The translations under genes were made by a program, and so were the position numbers. From Spirochaetia bacterium (GTDB lineage Bacteria; Spirochaetota; Spirochaetia; DSM-16054; Sediminispirochaetaceae): a stretch of 64,000 nt of DNA. Below the pieces are notes generated by a model. It ran no database searches, was not told the DNA's origin, and worked only from the letters and a program-made list of their open reading frames with translations. The stretch is from NCBI GenBank assembly GCA_034520965.1, contig JAXHMY010000002.1:512001-576000 (forward strand). The letters run 5' to 3'. Positions 1-7,000 of this stretch are shown in pieces. Positions within the stretch are counted from its first letter, which is position 1; each line of letters begins with the position of its first letter.

Positions 1-237
1 GAAGGCGGCAGTGAGGGCCAGTACCCGGCCTCCGGTTGCGTACTTCCACTCCAAGGCCATTTGTTGCGTGCCGGGGGGCAGTTCTTCGGAAGTGGCTGAA
101 AACGGCTGAGCTGGGAGAGGCGCTGCAGCTGAATAGAGCCCCGAGAAATATAGTAAGAGCATTATCCCCCAAAAATATGATCCGGAAAAAGAGAGGCAGC
201 TGCGGGATATTTTCTTGCTATTATTGACTTTTCCCAT
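1..237 (-). CDS. Partial CDS (N-terminus) of a probably exported protein, possible PQQ-type beta-propeller repeat
   Basis: Manual translation from CAT at 235-237 is open to the window edge: MGKVNNSKKISR...FWGIMLLLYFSGLYSAAAPLPAQ...LEWKYATGGRV. Hydrophobic signal-like stretch plus a WKYxTGG motif. Confidence 0.5.
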   Translation of the reverse strand, partial: MGKVNNSKKISRSCLSFSGSYFWGIMLLLYFSGLYSAAAPLPAQPFSATSEELPPGTQQMALEWKYATGGRVLALTAAF

Positions 238-262
238 TTTCTTAAGTACCGTTATTGCGAAT

Positions 263-1213
263 ATGGACAGTATAGCCGCATACGCTCCCGGCCATGTGAC
301 CGGGATATTTTTTATTGACGACCTCGATACGGACCCTCTGAAACGCGGCTCCCTGGGGGCCGGATTCTCAATAGATTTTGGAGCGACTACCCGAATCTCT
401 GCTGAGGACAGCATACCCGAAACCGGGCTATCGAAGGCCGTCCCACGCTTTCTTTTAAATGGAAAGCCGAGCGAGCTGGATGTGTCGGCTGCCGTTTATA
501 CCCATTTTATAGAATCACAGCCGAATTTACCATACACAGGGCTGACAATTTCGCACAAGATCGATTTGCCCCAGGGCAGCGGTTTTGGTACCAGCGGGGC
601 TGGGGCCTTGAGTCTGGCGCTGGCTTTGAATAAGTGGTACGGCGAACCTTTTTCCAATGAAGAGGCTGCTCAGTTTGCCCATCGCGCCGAGGTTGAGTGT
701 AAAACAGGGCTGGGTACAGTGATCGGTGAGTACTATGGGGGGGTTGAGATACGAACAAGGACCGGAGCCCCGGGAATTGGCAAGGTCACTCAGATTCCCT
801 ATCCGAAGGACCTGCGGGCGGTGTGTGCCGTGCGCGGCCCCTATTCTACCAGCAAGGCTCTCTCTTCACCAGCGGTCCGGGACGTGGTGAACCTCCATGG
901 AAAGAATGCCCTCGACGGTCTCCAGCACGAACCGAGTGTGGGCAATTTTCTGCGATACTCCCGGCAATTTGCCGAGGGAACCGGTTTATTTACTCCCTGG
1001 ATAACGGATATTATAGAAGTACTTGACGCACACCATAGTATCGGCAGTATGTTAATGTTTGGGGAGGGAGTGTTTACACTGGCTCCGGCCGACAAGGCAG
1101 TCGAAATAGAAGCGGAGTTACGAAGCTACTGCGAAAGAACCGACAGCAGGGATAATCATAAGCCTGTAGTTTTTTCAGCAGGAATTAATAGTTCTGGAGG
1201 AACTTTACTTTAA
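263..1213 (+). CDS. Archaeal-type pantoate kinase (GHMP kinase family)
   Basis: Motifs AYAPGHVTGIF, GSLGAGF, LPQGSGFGTSGAGAL (GHMP ATP loop), AHRAEVECKTGLG. ATG at 263 preferred over TTG at 215. Coupled to the next gene by TAATG overlap. Confidence 0.88.
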   Translation: MDSIAAYAPGHVTGIFFIDDLDTDPLKRGSLGAGFSIDFGATTRISAEDSIPETGLSKAVPRFLLNGKPSELDVSAAVYTHFIESQPNLPYTGLTISHKIDLPQGSGFGTSGAGALSLALALNKWYGEPFSNEEAAQFAHRAEVECKTGLGTVIGEYYGGVEIRTRTGAPGIGKVTQIPYPKDLRAVCAVRGPYSTSKALSSPAVRDVVNLHGKNALDGLQHEPSVGNFLRYSRQFAEGTGLFTPWITDIIEVLDAHHSIGSMLMFGEGVFTLAPADKAVEIEAELRSYCERTDSRDNHKPVVFSAGINSSGGTLL

Positions 1214-1983
1214 TGGATATACATGTACCAAAAGATCATCCCCGTTACCAGTCTATAACCATCCGCGAAATGCTGGTAGAAATGGCCAATGCTTCCGTGG
1301 TTGCACCGGCCGGGCTGATTGCCCACGGCCGGGGAGAGGCGTTTGACTATCTGTTCGGAGAGGATACTCCACCGCCTGCCTATGAGGCCATTGAGGCATC
1401 CGCTGCGAGTCTACTGACCGCCGCCCATCCGGTGCTTTCGATTAATGGGAATGCCGCCGCCCTCTGCCCTCATCAGCTGGTGAAGCTTTCCGAAGTAAGC
1501 GGCGCTCCCCTCGAGATAAACCTGTTTTACCGTACCCTGGAGAGGGAACAGGCGATTGCCGAGGTGCTGTACGAATCCGGAGCTCAGGAGGTGCTTGGCG
1601 TCGGAGATGATGCATCCGAAACTATTTCCGAGGTCGGCAGCGAGCGCCGAAGGGTCGATCCGCGGGGTATCGGACGCGCCGATGTGGTATTTGTACCCCT
1701 GGAGGACGGGGACCGAACCGAGGGTTTACGGGGAATGGGTAAGACCGTGCTTACGGTCGATTTGAACCCCCTGTCACGTACCTCCCGCAAGGCCAATATC
1801 AGTATAGTTGATAATTTAATGCGAGCGGTTCCGCTTTTGACCGAAGCGGTAGAGAGGCTGAAGGGTCGGGACGAGAGGGAGCTAAAGAAGATAGTCAACA
1901 ATTTTAACAACAAGCGAAATTTGAAGGCGTGCCTCGATTTTATTGCCGATCGTCTGTACTCTTTCAGCTTTGAAGGAGAGTAG
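1213..1983 (+). CDS. Archaeal-type phosphopantothenate synthetase (4-phosphopantoate--beta-alanine ligase)
   Basis: Hallmark motifs HPRYQS..IRE, GLIAHGRGEAFDYL.GE, PVLSINGNAAAL, EINLFYRT, ADVVFVPLEDGDR, DLNPLSRT. Confidence 0.93.
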   Translation: MDIHVPKDHPRYQSITIREMLVEMANASVVAPAGLIAHGRGEAFDYLFGEDTPPPAYEAIEASAASLLTAAHPVLSINGNAAALCPHQLVKLSEVSGAPLEINLFYRTLEREQAIAEVLYESGAQEVLGVGDDASETISEVGSERRRVDPRGIGRADVVFVPLEDGDRTEGLRGMGKTVLTVDLNPLSRTSRKANISIVDNLMRAVPLLTEAVERLKGRDERELKKIVNNFNNKRNLKACLDFIADRLYSFSFEGE

Positions 1984-1985
1984 AG

Positions 1986-2801
1986 ATGGCTCCGAATAAA
2001 GTAAATGAAGTACCTCCGAATAAAGTAATTGACAGGCAAGAGTGGATAGATAAAAAAGCGGCGGGAGAGCGAATAACCATGTTAACCGCCTACGATGCGG
2101 CTTTTGCATCCCTTCTTTCTCAGGTAGACGGTCTGGATATGATTTTGGTTGGCGATAGCCTGGGGATGGTTATCCAGGGCCACGACACTACCAGAGCGGT
2201 TACTATGGAAGCGATGATCTATCATACCGAAATTGTTGCGCGGTCAAGCCGCGGGATTACGGTTATCGGCGATATGCCCTACCACAGCTTCGACACGGCG
2301 GATGAAGCCCTTATTAACGCCCGACGCTTGATGGAGGCTGGAGCCGCTGCGGTGAAGATCGAGGGCAACAAACCGGAGGTGGTCAGCCGTCTGGTTCAAT
2401 CCGGAATCCCGGTGATGGGACATTTGGGTCTGCTGCCGCAAACTGCCGAAGATTTTAAGGTCCAGGGAAAAGATACCGAGGCCGCCGACACCATTTTTAA
2501 AGATTCCCGGGAATTAGAAGCACAAGGAGCTTTTGCAATAGTGCTCGAGTGTGTGCCCCGCAGTCTGGCCCAAAAAATTACCGGGGCCCTTAAAATTCCC
2601 AGTATCGGGATCGGTGCCGGCCCCGATTGTGACGGGCAGGTGCTGGTTCTGCACGATATGTTAGGTTTGTCCCAGGGCTACTCGCCGAAGTTTGTGAAAC
2701 GCTTTGCCCAATTAGATTCCGCAGTGATTAAGGCGGTGCAAAGTTACAGCGACGAAGTAAAATCCGGCAGCTTTCCCACCGACCCTTATTCGTACCACTA
2801 G
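1986..2801 (+). CDS. panB: 3-methyl-2-oxobutanoate hydroxymethyltransferase
   Basis: MLTAYDA, ILVGDSLGMV, GDMPY, VKIEG, PVMGHLGLLPQ, IGIGAGPDCDGQVLV. Confidence 0.97.
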   Translation: MAPNKVNEVPPNKVIDRQEWIDKKAAGERITMLTAYDAAFASLLSQVDGLDMILVGDSLGMVIQGHDTTRAVTMEAMIYHTEIVARSSRGITVIGDMPYHSFDTADEALINARRLMEAGAAAVKIEGNKPEVVSRLVQSGIPVMGHLGLLPQTAEDFKVQGKDTEAADTIFKDSRELEAQGAFAIVLECVPRSLAQKITGALKIPSIGIGAGPDCDGQVLVLHDMLGLSQGYSPKFVKRFAQLDSAVIKAVQSYSDEVKSGSFPTDPYSYH

Positions 2802-2859
2802 GGTGGTACCATTGGGTTTTGTTAGTTTTGTGGGCGTAGGAGAGCAGGAGGGCAGATAA

Positions 2860-4197
2860 TTGACTGAAGAGATACAAGGATTTCAAGCTGAAGGCTCTGC
2901 GGCTCAGAGGCCTCAGAACAAGAGCCTGCCATCAAAGGGTCGTCCGGCGGATGAAGTATCCGCGTTGGTAGCACAGCGCCTCTCCGGCGACCTTACATTT
3001 ACCTCCGGAAATATCCTCGGCTCAATGTGCAGTCAGCCCCACCCCTTTGGAGCCGACATTTTTCAGCAAGAGTTAGCAAAGAATATAGGCGACCCCGGGC
3101 TTCATCCGGCTTTGGCGGAGATGGAGGCGGAGACAATACACATACTGGGCAGCCTGTGTGCAAACCCCGAGGCTGTCGGCAGTATCGTCACCGGCGGGAC
3201 CGAAGCAAACCTGTTGGCTATGTGGACCGCCAAAAACAGTGCCCCAAAAGAGCGTCGAGAGGTGGTGCTGCCGGAGACGGCTCACTTTTCCTTCGACAAA
3301 GCCGCCAGTTTGATGGACCTGACCCTAGTAAAAATTCCAGTAGACCCACACAACCGTGTTAAATTAGATGAGTATCGTCAGGCGGTGGGACCTCGGACTA
3401 TGGCTCTGGTGGCAATTGCCGGAACCACCGGGCTCGGGGCGGTTGATCCGATTGCTGAGATTGCCAACGTCGCCGAAGAGCATAACTTGTACCTGCATGT
3501 GGATGCGGCCTTCGGCGGGTTTGTCCTGCCCTTTTTAGAGGCTGCAGGATATCAGGCAGATAGTGCGCCGGATCAGGGAGCCTTCGATTTTAGCCTTGCA
3601 GGTGTCAGTTCAATTACCCTCGATCCCCACAAGATGGGCAGAACTCCAATTCCGGCCGGCTGCATACTCTACCGCAACGAAAAGATTGCAGGCTCAAGCA
3701 CTACCCGAGTCTCCTACCTGGCTGGAGGCAAAACCCGGCAAAGAACCATTGTAGGTACCCGCTCCGGCGCGGCGGTAGCGGCGGTATGGGCCAGTCTGCA
3801 GCATATCGGCTTTGACGGATACCGCGATACGGTGCGCTGGTGTATGGAGAACACCTATTTTCTGAAAAAAAGAATTGATGCAATGGCAGGCATAGAAACA
3901 GTAATGCCTCCGGTGATGAACGTACTGGGAATTCGCCCTAGCCAAGGTACCGCAGAGAAGTTATCCGAGGCCCTGCGCGCCCGCGGTTTTGCGCTATCCC
4001 TTTTTCCGGGCTTTTTGCGAGTTACCCTGATGCCGCACTTGAATCAAAGCCATCTGGAGAACTTTTTAATGGTGCTGGAAGCGACATTAAATGAGATGCA
4101 AAAGGAAGAGTCCGGCCCCGGAGAAACTGGCCCCGAGTCCAGTCGCGGGCACAACAGCCGCTTACACAGGAACCAAGGAGAAAATAATGCAGGGTGA
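2860..4197 (+). CDS. mfnA: Group II PLP-dependent decarboxylase, MfnA (tyrosine/aspartate decarboxylase) type; probable beta-alanine source
   Basis: ILGSMCSQPHP, NIGDPGL.P, GGTEAN, AHFSFDKA, HVDAAFGGF, ITLDPHKMG..PIPAG (PLP lysine), GTRSGA. SD AGGAGG upstream of the TTG start. Confidence 0.85.
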   Translation: MTEEIQGFQAEGSAAQRPQNKSLPSKGRPADEVSALVAQRLSGDLTFTSGNILGSMCSQPHPFGADIFQQELAKNIGDPGLHPALAEMEAETIHILGSLCANPEAVGSIVTGGTEANLLAMWTAKNSAPKERREVVLPETAHFSFDKAASLMDLTLVKIPVDPHNRVKLDEYRQAVGPRTMALVAIAGTTGLGAVDPIAEIANVAEEHNLYLHVDAAFGGFVLPFLEAAGYQADSAPDQGAFDFSLAGVSSITLDPHKMGRTPIPAGCILYRNEKIAGSSTTRVSYLAGGKTRQRTIVGTRSGAAVAAVWASLQHIGFDGYRDTVRWCMENTYFLKKRIDAMAGIETVMPPVMNVLGIRPSQGTAEKLSEALRARGFALSLFPGFLRVTLMPHLNQSHLENFLMVLEATLNEMQKEESGPGETGPESSRGHNSRLHRNQGENNAG

Positions 4198-5527
4198 TCA
4201 ATCTCATTCAAATCAGCCTTTTTTTACTTACCCTGAACAGGCGGTCGCCCCTCCTAATGGGGCGGCCTCCCCGTTGGGGAAGCATCCGTCAAAAGATATT
4301 CTCGGTTCTATCTCGAGTGCTCTAGGTGGAAAGAAAGTTGCCCTTGGAATTACCGGCAGTGTGGCGGCCGTGCGCAGCAGTGAGGTAGCCCGGATGCTGA
4401 TGCGCTACGGAGTGGAAGTGTTTCCGGTGATGAGTCCAGAGGCGACCCGTATCATTCACCCGAACTTGATGGAGTGGGCAACCGGGAACCCTGTGATAAC
4501 CAGCCTCAGTGGTTCTATAGAGCATGTAGCCTTAGCGGGGAATGTTGAAAATCGGGTAGATGCAGTGCTAATAGCACCATCTACCGCCAACACCCTGGGA
4601 AAAATTGCTGCCGGAATTGACGATACGCCGGTTACCACTTTGGCAACCACCGCAATCGGCCAGGGAATACCAATGCTGATTGTCCCTGCGATGCATGAAC
4701 CTATGTATTACCATCCGGCGGTAAAACGAAACATTGAGGTGCTAAAAAGCGACGGTATCCATGTGCTTATGCCTAATGTCTCAGAAGGAAAGGCTAAAAT
4801 TCCGGAAACCGAAGAGATTGTTTTTCGAACGATTGATTTGCTGCGCGGCGACGGCCCCCTGGCCGGCAGCAATTGGGTGGTGACGGCCGGACGCACGGTA
4901 GAATACCTCGATCCCATCCGGGTGCTTACCAATAACAGCAGCGGAAAAATGGGGATAGAAATTGTAAGAGCCCTTTATCTGGCCGGGGCAGGCGTGCAGT
5001 TAGTCTACGGTAAGGGTAACGCTGAACCGGTGCCAAATGTTCCCACACACTATGTAGAGACAGCCGCACAAATGCTGGATACAGTGAAAAAACTGTTACA
5101 GGACCAAAAGACCGACTGCCTGGTAGCGGCAGCGGCGGTCGGTGATTGGCAGTCCTCGGACCGGGCTGCCGATAAAATCAGCACCCACGGTACCGACAAG
5201 CTTAAAGTAGAATTAGTTCCTACTCCAAAGATCATCGACCAGGTAAAGGAGATATCTCCCCACACCTTTTTAGTTGCCTTTCGGGCCCTTTTTCAGAAAA
5301 CGAAGGAAGAGATGGCGTCGGATGGACTGGCCCGCATGAAAAAAGCCAAAGCGGATATGATAGCAGTAAACGATGTCGGGGCGAAAGGCTCGGGTTTTGA
5401 AACCGCCACCAACGAGCTGCATCTGTTTGACTCCGCCGGCGGACGGACGCACATTAAACTATCCACAAAGTTTCAGGCGGCGGAACAGTTAATAAAGGTG
5501 GTTGCGGCTCAGTTAGGGCGCGTTTAA
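4187..5527 (+). CDS. coaBC: Bifunctional phosphopantothenoylcysteine decarboxylase/synthetase
   Basis: GITGSVAA, APSTANTLGKIAAGIDD, PAMHEPM, TAGRT.E.LDPIR.LTNNSSGKMG, AAAVGD. ATG at 4187 with SD AAGGAG. Confidence 0.96.
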   Translation: MQGDQSHSNQPFFTYPEQAVAPPNGAASPLGKHPSKDILGSISSALGGKKVALGITGSVAAVRSSEVARMLMRYGVEVFPVMSPEATRIIHPNLMEWATGNPVITSLSGSIEHVALAGNVENRVDAVLIAPSTANTLGKIAAGIDDTPVTTLATTAIGQGIPMLIVPAMHEPMYYHPAVKRNIEVLKSDGIHVLMPNVSEGKAKIPETEEIVFRTIDLLRGDGPLAGSNWVVTAGRTVEYLDPIRVLTNNSSGKMGIEIVRALYLAGAGVQLVYGKGNAEPVPNVPTHYVETAAQMLDTVKKLLQDQKTDCLVAAAAVGDWQSSDRAADKISTHGTDKLKVELVPTPKIIDQVKEISPHTFLVAFRALFQKTKEEMASDGLARMKKAKADMIAVNDVGAKGSGFETATNELHLFDSAGGRTHIKLSTKFQAAEQLIKVVAAQLGRV

Positions 5528-5545
5528 GTACGCCTAGGAGTACGC

Positions 5546-6070
5546 TTAGGCCCGGAGAAACTCATCGACAATAGAGTCGACATCATCCTGTTCAATATCA
5601 AACTGCCTTTCGAAGGCCAGTTCCTGGTTCGCTTCACGAAGCTTCTTTAGCAGACTATACACGGTTACCATTAAGATCTTATTACCGGTGGTAGGATACT
5701 TTTTAATAAATTGCATAAAATTGCCGCGTGTAATATGCAGCAATGCGGTGCTTGTTAAACTGTTTACATTGGCTGTGCGTTTTACCTTCATAAACATACC
5801 GGCCTCGCCGAATACTTCCCCGCTGCCGATGGTGCAAATATAGACGTTTTTACGCCGCCCTTCCCCTACAGCTACTTCAACGGAACCGCTAATTACTCCA
5901 TAAAAGGCCTGCTCCACCTCGCCCTGCTGTACGATGCGCTCACCCTCTTCAAAGACTTGTATTTCGCACATCCTGAGCAAATCTTCAACTTCCCGTTCGC
6001 TTAGAAACTTGAACAGCAAGATATCCCTAATACTGGCCCGATATTGATCGGTATTATTATCAACGTACAT
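5546..6070 (-). CDS. Cyclic nucleotide-binding domain protein (no HTH seen)
   Basis: GERIVQQGE, FYGVISGSVEV, GEVFGEAG, RTANV. Start chosen at ATG 6070 with SD GAGGGG. Confidence 0.85.
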   Translation of the reverse strand: MYVDNNTDQYRASIRDILLFKFLSEREVEDLLRMCEIQVFEEGERIVQQGEVEQAFYGVISGSVEVAVGEGRRKNVYICTIGSGEVFGEAGMFMKVKRTANVNSLTSTALLHITRGNFMQFIKKYPTTGNKILMVTVYSLLKKLREANQELAFERQFDIEQDDVDSIVDEFLRA

Positions 6071-6144
6071 AAAACGTCCCCTCTTGTACAAAATGCCTCA
6101 CAAAATGCCTCATAAACGCCTAAAGTGTAGCGTATTCAGCTGTT

Positions 6145-6867
6145 CTACGCAAGAAAGCGACACTCTGTTTTTAATGGACATTTAGAACATTTTTGATTTT
6201 TAGCGGTGCAATACCTTTTTCCATGTTCTACCAACAGGGCATGGAACTCGTTGTATACTTCGGCATCGACCGGTAATTCCGCCTGGAACTTAGCCTGCAA
6301 CCCCATGTAGGTCCACTCACCCTCCTCTGATCCGCTCCGGTACTCGAGGCGATTAAAAATTCTCATACTGTACGCATCTACCACACAAACCGGATAATTA
6401 AAGGCATATAGAAGAATGGAATCAGCCGTTTCCGGGCCTATGCCCCAGATTGCTAAAAGTTCCTTCCGACCAGGGGGCGTCTCATTGGCCGCACCTCGCG
6501 CCAGAAAAAAATCGGCAGTAGTTTTTAACTTTTTCGCCTTTTGGTTGTAATACCCGCTCGAACGTATCAAAGCGGCCAGGTCAGTGTGCTCGGCTGCACG
6601 GAAAAACTCCGGGCCGAAGGGACAATTCTCCAGCAGGGTCGTTAAACTACTACGTACATTGGCCCAGTTTGTATTTTGTGTGAGAATAGCTCCGGTAATA
6701 ATTTCAAAGCGCTCATTCGAGCTCAGTTCAAGGGAGTACACGCCGGGGTGGTAGCCCTCTTGGGTATAGCCGGGTCGGGAGTTACGCTGCAGCAGCGGCC
6801 ACCATCCCTGAGCTCCATATGCATTTAGCAGGCGTTGGTATACATTGTAACTGTTCATTTTTTCCAT
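6145..6867 (-). CDS. Endonuclease III-related HhH-GPD protein
   Basis: YG.QGWWP, GAILTQNTNW, SGYYNQKA, WGIGPETADSILLYA, C-terminal CTAK..KCSKCPL..EC Fe-S motif. Confidence 0.88.
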   Translation of the reverse strand: MEKMNSYNVYQRLLNAYGAQGWWPLLQRNSRPGYTQEGYHPGVYSLELSSNERFEIITGAILTQNTNWANVRSSLTTLLENCPFGPEFFRAAEHTDLAALIRSSGYYNQKAKKLKTTADFFLARGAANETPPGRKELLAIWGIGPETADSILLYAFNYPVCVVDAYSMRIFNRLEYRSGSEEGEWTYMGLQAKFQAELPVDAEVYNEFHALLVEHGKRYCTAKNQKCSKCPLKTECRFLA

Positions 6868-6886
6868 CTTTAAAGGTTTGTATTTT

Positions 6887-6910
6887 AAAAAAGAGGCCCT
6901 TGCAGGCCTC
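6887..6910 (-). terminator. Rho-independent terminator downstream of ppdK
   Basis: Minus strand GAGGCC-TGCAAG-GGCCTC followed by TTTTTT. Confidence 0.65.
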
Positions 6911-7000
6911 CTGTTAAGTAATTCTCTTTATAAAAACCTTTTACATTTTTACACAATGCTGAAATTGTGTCTTAAACTGTGGACCACAGAGCCCCTGCTG

